Below are positions 13,589-24,633 of a DNA stretch of 64,000 nucleotides, one piece after another. The notes under the pieces were generated by a model, which was not told the origin of the DNA, did not search any database, and saw nothing but the letters and a program-made list of their open reading frames with translations. Every line of letters begins with the position of its first letter. The first letter of the stretch is position 1. Source of the DNA: Chlorokybus atmophyticus (taxonomy: Eukaryota > Plantae > Mesostigma and Chlorokybus algae); assembly GCA_009103225.1 (NCBI GenBank), contig RHPI01002069.1, positions 1,017,378 to 1,081,377 of the forward strand, given 5' to 3'. A program made the translations under genes and the position numbers.

Positions 13589-14508
13589 AGTGGTCACTTT
13601 GTGTTGTGGTTGGGCTTCACATCCTGTACGTCGTAGCCACTTTGCAGAACTGCATGCGCGTTGGGCACAATTAAACAAGGTTATACACATCGCCCCCCCC
13701 ACCCCCCACCCCCCGCGCGCGGCGCTAGCACGCCAAGGTCGTGGAGAGCACACACGCACACCCACTGTGCTCTTTTCACTGCACACGTGATAAGTATGGT
13801 TACCACGTGTATCACTTCACTCAAATCACTCAGCTGCTGCTGCTGTCTCTCCACAGTCAAACCGCCGCATCCACTTACTCGGTAACTTGACTGCCAGCTT
13901 GGCTCGCAGCCGACATTGGTGGAACAATGCACCAGTGCAGATGTTGTCAAGTAAGCAAAAGTTTGTTGAAGAGTTTAACATTGCCATTTCTTAATATGGA
14001 CTCACACCCCTGCATTGCAGAGTGACATCCAAGTTCCATGCCAAGCCAAGCTGAGATCAGCAGTGCAGCTGTTGGGCCCACAGTATGCAGCCCTGTTGCT
14101 GCATGATTGCGGAGATGAGGCACGTCTGTATGACAACCACGCAATGACAATTATTTTGTCACCTTAATGGGTGTCCAGTGGCAACTCAGTTCAACATAGC
14201 AGAACCAAAACCAGCCAAGAAGCCAGCTATGCACGATGCCTCGTAGTCTAGGCTGCACACCACCGCTAATTACAACAGCTGAATGCAATGTTCAGCTAAA
14301 ATAGTACAAATCTGCTGTACACATATACACTAGCAACACGGACAGACACTACTTGACGCCAATGGGGCAGGGGCTGCCTCCAAACTACACTACAATCACT
14401 TGTCTAGAAACTATCAATGGGATGTCGAAGCCAATTGAATGGCACTGCAGCAGACCAATCCTGCAGTGTGCGAGCTAGCACCCTGCATCATACAGGATGT
14501 GAAGTGCT

Positions 14509-15603
14509 TTACAAGGACTGCGTGCGCGCCACGGGGTGAGCAGGTGGCGGAGGGATCATAAGCGAAGCCGGCTGCAATCGAACAGGGGACGTGAAGCGGG
14601 GTGCGAGCGGTGACTTGGGCTTGCATGAGGACGATTGCGCAAGTGCTGATGTAGAGGAGAACTCTTTGCGGTGGAAAGAGCGAAGCAGCGCTGCTCGTCT
14701 CAAGCTAGCGCCAGGTGCAGGATCGCTGGGAGACAGCGGCAACTGCCCACCAAAGGATGGGCAGCTGCCAACCTCTGATGCTAATGCCAGGAGCCGCGCC
14801 TGTGCACAAAAGCTGTCAGCGTCCTTTGCTGGCATTGTCTCATGGTTAACGTACACAACAGGAGGTTGCAATTACCTGCAGGCGAGCCCGCATTGCAACA
14901 GGAGAGTGGGACCTCCGGCGCGATCGTGATGTGCCACTTGAATTGACTCGAATACGCCAGCGTGGCGAGAGTGGGGGCGAACCGTGATTGGAATTTGGGC
15001 TGGCAGGTTCTGAGTCTGATGGTGAACCTGACCTTGGGCTGAAAGAGTTTGGGCTGTAAGGCGTATGAGGCCAGGAATTGCCCAAAGACCTGCCCGGCTC
15101 AGCATCATAGTCGGAGTCATCATCCATAGCATCCCTGCAGTGCAGACATGTTAGAAAGCGTCACTCTGCCTAAAAATTGCCAGCCACTGTTGAAATACCA
15201 ACTAGTAAGCTAGCTTACTTACCCAGTAGGGGAAGTTGCCCGAGGCGAACAGCACAGCGCATCTAGTGCTCGAGCTTCAGGTGTTGGGGTTGGGGAGGCT
15301 CGCATTTTGGGGCTGTCCACCATGCACATGGCACTCAGCGACGAGGCCATAACCTCTGTCTGATACCTCTTGTCAAGGTGGAAGTTGTCAAGAAACAGCT
15401 CGTCCGCATCCAAACCGCGTGGGCGCTTCAGGCTGAGCAGTCTTGCCGGCAAAGCAGACAGCGACTTTGTCCGGCCTGGCGTAGGCTTTTGCTGAGAGGC
15501 GTTGCCACTGGAACCTGGCAATGCATCCTGAGAGCGCTCTGGGCTAGTCGGCAGTGCCAAGGACTGCACTCTGGACTTGCCCGGTACGCCCGCAACATTG
15601 AAC
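14509..15603 (-). CDS. Conserved Viridiplantae uncharacterised Ser/Pro-rich protein region; probably the 3' part of the Aha1-domain gene
   Basis: Motifs FHLDKRYQTEVMASSLSAM and LPLSPSD...LRRAALLRS resemble a land-plant family I recall as QKRYLSEIMASSL / FPSSPSD...DLRRAALLRS. Three exons joined by in-phase GT-AG introns. Confidence 0.65.
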
Positions 15604-15718
15604 CTGCACCATGACAAACAAAAACCGTGTGATTGTCTGACAGCGAACCAACTCCAATAGTGCACTAGCATACCAGTCACTGAGCAGCAGAGCAGTATGC
15701 ATGGACATGCAACCCTGC

Positions 15719-17311
15719 TTACCCCAACACAGTTCGCAACCGCCGCCAGATGTCCTCACGCCAACCACGTTCTGTAACTTCCAATGCTTCACTTCCATGC
15801 CTGCAAGCATCAGGGTTAACTGTTGCGCGTTTCAAACTACAACGTAATTCAGGTGTATCACGACCCAGGACATGTCAACTGCAACAATGCCTGGCTTATA
15901 AATCAACTGGGGCACCAACAACAGAAGCCTCGCCATCGATTACCTGTCCTGAACAGGAACATCGGTTTGAACCAACTGGGCAACGGTTGTACCAGGCTCA
16001 GGCTCGCTAAGTGCAATGTCCACCTGCGGTTGCGGACTCTGGTAAGCCATGGAAGTTTCACAGAAGTAATGGCAAATTCTCCAACAGCACTGCAATGCTT
16101 GGAGCATTTGTGCTTCAAGGCTTACCGTGGAATATGCATCATCCGGCCAGTTGTTAAAACGCCATTTTTGGGCGATATGCTTGTCAGGAGTGATGGCAAT
16201 ATGCATGCCTGATATGGCACCATCAAACATGGAGAAGGTCCCTCCAGTTTCTCTGGATATTGTCGCCTTTGATTGCGTGTACTTGACCACAAGCTCTTCA
16301 TCCAGCAGCGCCTCAAAGATGTCGTGCGGCCTAGCAAAGAACCTGCGGCAACGGAGTCACTATCTGCAATCTGAACCTCACACCACATCAGAAGCTCAGT
16401 AAAGCGCCTAAACATGCGCAGTACTCACTTCTCTGTCATTGTGATGGTAGCTTTGCCCGAGGGTGAGGCTTTGCGCGATCGCTCTGCCGCTTCAGATTGC
16501 GTCGTCTCTGCTTGTTGCGTGCCATCGACTACAGAAGTCGCCTTCTGCGTGGGCACCAGCATGTCAACAACAAGCAACACCACAGCTTGCGTAAAAGTTC
16601 CCATGATCAACCCAGTGTACCTGTCCAGCCGCTGGGGGGGAGCCAGCGGAAGTCTCCTTCCTAGATGCATTCACAGCTGCAGTCGCTGCTGGTTTGCCTG
16701 TAGCACACACAGCTTGACTATGAGGGCAGTGAGACGCCTGGCAGGAGGCGCTGCACACAGTCTGGAAGCACACGGTTGAAGCACAACGCCCAAGTGTCAC
16801 CTGCTATGGAGGCAGCATCGACGGTGGGACCCTCGTCAGCCCAGTGCCAGCCTTGGGCGTGTGCGTTGATGCCTTCTGCGTCTCCCTCAAGTATACAAGC
16901 CATCGCCACTGCCGTGCAAACAATCCGTTAACAGCAGGCAAAGAACCCGCTGCTGTTTCGCCAACAAACATTGTGACACATCTGTTTGCAACACATTTAC
17001 CAGGCCAGCTCATGCACAATGCAGAATCCAAACACATCGACTACGCCTCTCATCACAGGCACGAGCAGGCCAAACTTCGCACGTCACAAGCAAGCAACTG
17101 CCTGCCACCTACCGTGCTCAGTTTGCGCCTTGAAGTTGTCAAGCAGCTTGCGGCAAGCACCGGACATCACCCGCGCCCCGAGCCGCCGACCCCGCCTGAC
17201 GCCAGCCACAGGCCCCGACCCCAGTCCAGCAGCGACGCCGATTCCGACGACGCCGCCGACAACCACCACCCCGCCGCCGTCACCACCAGCGCCGCCGCCA
17301 GCTCCAACCAT
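15719..17311 (-). CDS. AHA1: Activator of Hsp90 ATPase (Aha1) C-terminal AHSA1/START-like domain protein
   Basis: TITMTEK|FFARPHDIFEALLDEE...YTQSKATISRETGGTFSMFDGAISG...IAQKWRFNNWPDDAYST|VDIALSEPEPGTTVAQLVQTDVPVQDR|HG...VTERGWREDIWRRLRTVLG matches the Aha1 C-domain. Start is 17311 or 17167. Confidence 0.8.
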
Positions 17312-17656
17312 CCTTGGCAGCAGCCAGCGGCAGCAGCACGCCTGCGCTGCCGGGCTGCGCTGCCGGGCCGCCCCAGTAAGTGAGTTGCTCTACTCTCGTG
17401 TCCTCACTCACACGTGGGCACCACCAGCCACGTATCTTTTAAGGCTGCGTTTTCAATCCCGCCCTAATAAATAACAGCATGAACCTAGGCGTAGCGTACC
17501 CGGTAGGGTCACCAACGCGTCTCAATCCACCGCGGCATCGCATACGACGGACAGAAACGCGCATTATGAACCATCTCGCTACAATCTACCGGTAGGCCTA
17601 TCGGTAGATGAAGGTTGCCCTCCCTTTTCGTTTCCGCGGGTGAAGTTCAGTGTTAA

Positions 17657-17732
17657 AAACCCCCGCCAAATTGCTCCGAGAAGCCCGCCGCTTGTATATT
17701 TCGGACGCCGCCGGAGAATTTTGGCGGGGTTT
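17657..17732. repeat. Imperfect 21-22 bp inverted repeat containing paired E2F-like sites
   Basis: AAACCCCCGCCAAATTGCTCCG (17657-17678) versus CGGAGAATTTTGGCGGGGTTT (17712-17732). Confidence 0.7.
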
Positions 17733-18369
17733 CAATGAGCGTCGGACTTTACCTTGGCGTGTCTGGTACGTTTCACATAATACGGGGCTAGCATGGCCAC
17801 GGGACAGTTACATGAACCGACGCCGGGGTGCAGTCTGCCACGCTAGCTGACGGCTTCCAGATATGCGCGGCTCAAGGCAGAAGCGGGAGTCGAGCGACAG
17901 CGGCGAGATCATCATCAATGCGAATTGGATTGCTGTGAGCCTGTCAGTCGCTGCGCAGTGATTGCGAAGCCGCGCTTTTAGAATGAATCCAGCCGAGCAC
18001 AGGGCCTTATCATTGGCCTGAAGGCGAGTCGCTCTGCTCTGTGTGTGATTGAGATCGCGTTTGGAACCTGTCACTGTCTAGGGTCGGGCCTGTTCCCAAC
18101 TGGGTGGCCAGCCTAACACTCGTGAGTCACGACTCGTGACTCAGTCGAGTCGAGCGGCGAGTCACCATAGGTGACGCTGCGTCACTGACGCACCGCTGGT
18201 CATCCAACAGCGCGATGAATTGAATCGGTTCAATCGACTCGCTTGGGCGTTCACCAGTGGTGAACAGGGTGAAGCAAGCTCTTCAGTTGGCAGCCAACAA
18301 CGGCGGTAGTGACCCGTCGCTGACCAACGGGCTGCCATAACTTATGGCCCATAACTAATGGGCCATAAG

Positions 18370-18664
18370 CAGTGTTTCTGCTAAGCACTTTGCATTGGCT
18401 CCAAAGTGGCCCAGACTTATTTCAAATCAAAATAATGAGCCATAAGTACCAACATACAAGGCCTCACATCAATGAAGTGCATAACCCAAGTGCATATAAG
18501 GTCATAATGTGCCTCTTTTAGCACGAAGAGTCAGTCAAAGTGTGGCTCTTCTATGGGGTAAGTTTAGCATGTTTTGAGCCAGTTTTATAGCAAATAAAGG
18601 AAAAAGAGCCACATTGGCTTCTTAGCGCCACATAGGCTCCCTGGAGCCATAAATCGAAACACTA
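18370..18664. mobile_element. hAT-like MITE (295 bp) with 8-bp target-site duplication
   Basis: Termini CAGTGTTTC...GAAACACTA (8/9 TIR match), flanked on both sides by GCCATAAG (18362-18369 and 18665-18672). About six internal GAGCCA/TGGCTC subterminal motifs. Confidence 0.7.
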
Positions 18665-20277
18665 GCCATAAGCTACATTTGTAATTGTCTCTTTATCTTT
18701 TAAAGCTACACATTCTTAGCGGAATGTTCGTAGTTCCAATGTTGATCATTATTATTGGTGCTTCAATCTTCAAGTTTGCACCGAAACTACTGTCACTGCT
18801 ACTTAATTGCCACCATCTTAAGGTTATATTAATACTTCATATTAATATCTCATGTTGTTTTGCATATAGGCTCGGTGCATGGTTCAACCCTTACAGCAAG
18901 GCCCTCTTATTCATGCCTCGGATACACGAATACAATGTTGCAGGTGTACATCGCAATTACTCCCAAAACACTTTGCTCTATGGACGCACATTCATTACTG
19001 TGCACTTGATCGACTGCAGCTGAAGTTGGTCGTTAAGGTTGTTGACAAGGGCACAAGACCGGCCTTGGCGGCGGGAAAGGCGAGGCTATAGCGCATTGTA
19101 AAATAGCGTTCAATTTGTATGTTTGCCGTTTGAGTTCTCACCCATTCTTTTCCTCTGTCCGAGTATGCCTGCCTTCAGCATACAATTCTGCCTACCCTGT
19201 CGTTGTCTTCCCTGCCAAAACCTCTTAATAAAAGAACCCAGCGCCCTGATTGAGTTAATCTGTTGATCGCTTACATGATTGCAACTGCTTTTCCCGTTCG
19301 CATGTTGCTGTGCAATATTGCTTTGCCCGTTTGCATGCTATTTGCATCAGCGCAATAATATTCATATACTTGCAGCAACGCAAGGCAGCACCAAGCCGAT
19401 GTAAAAACAACGGTGTGATGCCAACAAGACAACAATGCAAACCGTAAGAGCCATTATAGCAGGGAAGCATTATGTGTATAAAACAATGTAATATAATGCA
19501 TTATGCTGTTATGTTAGCACTTGCCGCCGCCGCTCTCATCAATTTGTTTTCGAAATATATACATGCACATTATATTGTATGCATTTACGGATCATATGTG
19601 GCCGATAACAGTGTTGCCAGCCATATCACAATGCTGATCACATAGCAAAATACGTCAGTGAATCTTGTAAGTCAGCAACTTGCAAATTGAAATCAGACAT
19701 ATGTCGGGCAAATTTGCATTATATGTAAAACGTATATACATATTAAACACATATTACACATGCCACATTCATGAGGCAGTGCTCAATCCCGCATATCAAT
19801 CTTGCTACATAGCCTACTGTATGTTAAGTGGTTTCACTGAGCCAAGTGAGCAAAAGAAGCTCAGATTATGAGGATTTTTTTAAATGCATAATTGTTCAAG
19901 CTCACACCCTAAGGATATCGTAATACTTGATAATTGGATCGTCCACTTAACATAGATGTAACGCGCACATTGTTAAATGTTGCGCCTCCTCTCATTGCAA
20001 CAGTTTCGTCACAATGACTTAGCTGGTTGTTTACGCTGGTATCGCGATCTTGGGACACATGTTCACACTCCGCATGCACAATACTTTACATTGCTTCAAT
20101 ATACATTGTCATGTATCAAATTCATGTCCTAATTGCTACTCATATAACACATTCATTAACGTGTTACTCGAAATGCATTTGCGTCATTGCGAATATAATA
20201 ACTATCGGATAATGAAATCGAAATTCATGAGCACACGGCAATTTGGGTTGCCTACCTACCTAGGCTGGCTGCCTACA

Positions 20278-20896
20278 CCCCGTCAGAGTCGCCCCCCAAT
20301 AAGGTCCCCCTTGGCAAATTCGTGGGGGGGACTGTATTTGTACATTAGAGTCCCCCCTCCCTTTTTGTGTCCCCCTCAAAGGGGACAATAATGACACTTG
20401 ATGCATATTATCTCCTTTTTCCATGTTATCAGCACTATACACGTGCAAATCACTCATGCTAGCTGGTTGCATCATGGTACATTGATAAGATGCATTTAAA
20501 AACCATAAAGACGCATGTAAAAGGCTAAAATATAGGTGGAATGAACGTCTGTTTACAGGCTGGCGGTGCAATGCCATCAACCGTAAATTGAACGGCCGCG
20601 CCCACTGGGCGCCGCCCAGCCGCACCGTCGGCTGCCGCAAACCCTGTCCGTCGACCAGGTCTTGGCCTAACGGCCGACTAGTACGATTGGTCGACCGCAA
20701 AGCGTCGACTAACTTGTTAAAAGCGTGACGAGTTACGCCACCTAAGCGTGACTTGTCAATGAAATGTGACGAAGTCGGTGACGTCTGCTACACAATGAAG
20801 TCCCCCGGTGGTAATAGAACCCTCCTCCCCCGAGTAGAGTCCCCCCCGGCAAAATTGAGGGGGGGACTGTATAAAAAGGGGGGGACTCTGACGGGG
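20278..20896. mobile_element. Non-autonomous TIR element (MITE, 619 bp), possibly Tc1/mariner-type
   Basis: Perfect 13-bp TIR CCCCGTCAGAGTC (20278-20290) / GACTCTGACGGGG (20884-20896). Subterminal GGGGGGGACTGTAT at 20324-20337 and 20859-20872. TA on the right flank, CA on the left. Confidence 0.75.
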
Positions 20897-21156
20897 TAAA
20901 TACGGTACCTAGGTATGCTCATGCATGCATTATTGCACATGTCACATACCGGTCACATACCGGCAAAAGATCTACGATATGCTGACGTCAGCGTCTGACA
21001 AGCAGTTCAGCTCGGGCCAATCAAGCAGCAAAAAGTAGTCTGCAGCACCATGTTCGCTCCCACCGTGCGCATGTTGCCGCCATGCACATGCCGAACTGGC
21101 CTAGTGTGCTACTGCTGCTTTGCGCAGTGTAAAGCTGCTAAGTGCGATCATCAGCT

Positions 21157-23321
21157 ATGGCCGTCGCAGCGGCGGTGGCGACGTCCTCAATGGTAATGGC
21201 GTCGTCATCTTCGGCTTCAAGCATGGGTGCTGCGCGGGTTGCTCATGCCGTCTGGAGGAGTCCGCCAAAGCTGAGAGCTTGCAGGGGGCAAGCAGCTAGG
21301 GTTTCTAGCGGGTTCAGCAGCAGCACCAGCAGCGACAGTAGTCAGTCTCTGCAGCAGCGGCTGGTGTCTGGCAAATTGAGGAGTGCAAGACACAAGCCTC
21401 GCCAGTCCACCGTCGTTGCCGCTGCTGCGGCTGCGCCACCCATGGCCGGTGTCACATGGGAGCAGCTTGATGCTGCCGATCCTCCCACCGCCCGCAGTGG
21501 CCACGTCACTGTTGCCCTCCCAGATAGCCATCCTGATGATGTTTTGGTGTTCGGAGGGTGAGTTGTTTAGAAAACATGTACATGCTTGCACTACCTATGG
21601 CGTACTTAATGCAGGCAGCAGCCTTAAGATATAATACCTGCATTGCTCATGTTCATCAGCATGCATGCATCCAATGCATTCAATGCATGCATGCATGCAT
21701 GCATGCTTTGTACTTATGACTGCAAGTGGCGCATTGTTTGTAAACTTGCATTCCTTGTCGCAAATTTCAGCAGTGTGTACTGAGGTAAATTTGCTGTGAC
21801 GCACATTGATACATTGACAATCTAGGTATGTTGAGTACGAGCCCAGCATGGCAGGGAGAAAAGTGAACAACGACGCTTACGTGTTGAACATTGCGGAGAA
21901 GAGGTGGAAGAGGTTGGATTTCGGAAATCAGGAACTTCCAGAGCCGCGTCTCACCTCGCAGGTTGCACAGAGGTCACTTGCACACATCATGCGGTCTGCA
22001 TCATCGCTAGCTTGCTGGCAGCTGCACTTGTGCATGCAGCTGCTAACTGATTGTATCCGATGGTCTGGGGATTGCAGGCAGTGGTTGTTGGGGACACAAT
22101 GTGGCTGCTTGCTGGATGGAACCCCAACAACCGTGGTGGGGAAGACGAGTTTCTTGATGACGTCTGGACACTCGACTTGCACAGCTACAAGTGGCGACGT
22201 GTTCACTTGCAGGGCTCGCAGATGCCCAGGATATCAAGATTTCAGGTACACACCATTGCACATTAGCTTGGAGTGTGCAGTGACAGCATCGGTCAGGCGT
22301 TGTGGCATGAAAACAGCTCGTCTCATGCACCTTGTGTATGTTGCTAGCCACATTACATAGCTGCATTGATCCACACGCTAGGCAGCGACACCTGGAAGCC
22401 CATATTGTACTGGCTTGCAGGCGGTTGCTGTTGGGGACAAGATCTACATCCACAACCATCGAAGCTTAGAGAGTGTGTGTATTCTAGATACCAGCAAAGA
22501 GACTCTGCAGAAGTCTCGGGTGCGTATTTCACTGCATGTGTGTTGTCTTCTCTTGAGACTGAACCTACTGCTACGGCAGGTCGCAGGCAATGTGCCCTCT
22601 TCACGGGGATTGCACAACATGGTGCATGTCAACAACAAGCTCTGGGTGTTTGGAGGTGCAGATAACGGCGGTCTCATGAATAACGACGTCCACTACCTGG
22701 ACCTTGACACCATGATATGGACCAAGGTACAGAATAGAAGCGCAATGCTGTTTGCAAGAATGAAGTTGTTTTGGGAAACACCTTGCTTGTTTGAGCTAGC
22801 ACGTTGTTGGCTGACACACTGCATTTCTGGCTCTATCTGTGCCGCAGCCTGAAGCTAGCGGAAACTGGCCATCTCCACGAGCGGCAGCAGGTGCTGCTGC
22901 ATTGCACAATAAGGTTTTTGTCTTTGGCGGGGCATGTCGAGCGAATGGGAGCGATGCCAATAGCGGTGGGCTAGTGCCTTTAGACGACTTGCATGCGTTG
23001 GACACAGAGAGCTGCAGGTACTGTGTGTGGACATTTTGCAACTCACTCTGGTTGCACAGTCTCATACACATCATGTTACATATTGCACACCCAGGACGGC
23101 ACACTTGCTGCGCTAGGCTGGTAAAACCTCATTCTAGGCCGCTCAGACTCAGATGCACTTCTGCATGTTCCAGGTGGGAGACTGTACAGCTGAAAGGGAG
23201 TACAAAGCCCGGCCCTCGCAATGCTGCACAGCTTGTCGCCAAAGAAGGGAAGCTGGTCATTTATGGAGGGTGGAAGCCGTTCGTCCAGTCCTACAGCGAC
23301 ACGCACATACTTCATGTATAG
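21157..23321 (+). CDS. Kelch-repeat beta-propeller protein with an Ala/Ser/Arg-rich transit-peptide-like N-terminus
   Basis: About six Kelch repeats over GT-AG exons: PTARSGHV..VLVFGG, PEPRLTSQ..WLLAGW, PRISRFQAVAVGDKIYIH, PSSRGLHNMV..LWVFGG, PSPRAAAG..VFVFGG, PGPRNAAQ..LVIYGGW. Ends ...DTHILHV*. Confidence 0.9.
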
Positions 23322-23759
23322 GCTGCACGTGGTTCAAGAGCGATGCCGTTGCTGCCCGTATTGTACATAGCACACCAAACCGGCATGTGCAGCTAATTTA
23401 GCCAGAGAGTTGGCTGTTGCATTACTAGTTGTGTTGCCTGTTGAACGCAAGCATGGCGTTGTAACTGCGTGTAACTTGCATAAGGTAAGCACACTGTGCA
23501 GCGCGCGCGCACGCACGCACAACCTAGGTACATGTATGCACGAGTGCATGTAGTGCGCTGTGCTGCCCTACCTCACACGTGGTCACGGGCACACACATCA
23601 GACATACCAAAGTGCGCATGCACATACGCATGATGCACAGTGTTGTTGCATATGCACAGCATGTACAAACAATGCGGGGCGTGCTTGCTCATGCATTGTG
23701 TCATGCATATGTCATCACGCAGACAGCAACCAGCAGGCGCACACTCTCACATATATTCA

Positions 23760-24130
23760 ACCACCGGGCTACACTACTACATCTAGGCCAACAACTACAC
23801 CACCACCCCGTTGGTCATGCAAGCATGCATGCAGCAAAATGCAATCACCTGTACAGGCACGAGCAGCAGCGTCAATGACGGCAGTCAACGGCTGTAGTGT
23901 GGCAGCAGCAGCAACGCAACATGCAGCACAGCAACGGCCCTCCCTCCCTCTCTCTGTCACCCTAATCCTCCTTCCACACCCTCTCTTTGTCATGCAAGCA
24001 TGCATGCAGCAAAATGCAATCACCTGTACAAGCACGAGCAGCAGCGTCAATGACGGCAGTCTACGGCTGTAGTGTGGCAGCAGCAGCAGCAACGCAACAT
24101 GCAGCAGCACAGCAACGGCCCTCTCTTCCC
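23760..24130 (-). mobile_element. Diverged non-coding relative of the Penelope-like terminal repeat, with an internal 175-bp-period tandem duplication
   Basis: Direct repeats 23814-23940 and 23989-24121. On the minus strand the collinear motifs TGTACAGGT, TGACCAACGGGG and GTAGCCCGGTGGT match 60194-60202, 60219-60230 (11/12) and 60268-60280 (13/13). Confidence 0.6.
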
Positions 24131-24633
24131 TCCCCTCCCCCTCCTCCGCCTCTCCCTCCTCCTCCTCCCACTCCGCTGTTGCCGTCGCAACTCTTGCTGT
24201 TGCTGGTCGGGCAGGGCCCCACTGCCCCGCCCCTCTGCCTCGCCCCTCAGGCCTCCCCCTTCCCGTGCAGTGACAGTAGCTCATGCTCCGGTTAGGTGGT
24301 GGGGTTGGTGTATGTATGTATGCAGCTTGGCAGCGTTTGAACAGCTTTGCTCATTCCTTTGTCACTGTGCACAAAGGATAGTGTGGATCGACAATTTGGG
24401 GCAGCTGCGCATGTGCGCTTGTGCATACACAAACACGCATGTTTGTGTTTGGCAACTGCTCTTTGCTCTCACCGAGGCTTCCTCTCACCATTGTTGAACT
24501 TTAAAGTATTCACTTGTAAAGAAAAGTCAACCTCACATAGCAAAGCTGCATGTACGTGTCACCAACTGTCACAAGAATATCAACCGTTTGTAACATGCAG
24601 ATGGCTTTGGTTGCACGCTTGCGACTCTGCACT

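Noticed and set aside
13690-13900. C-rich tract with two CACGTG boxes after the DnaJ gene
   Set aside because: Resembles the PLE C-rich start only in composition; no alignable match, termini or TSD.
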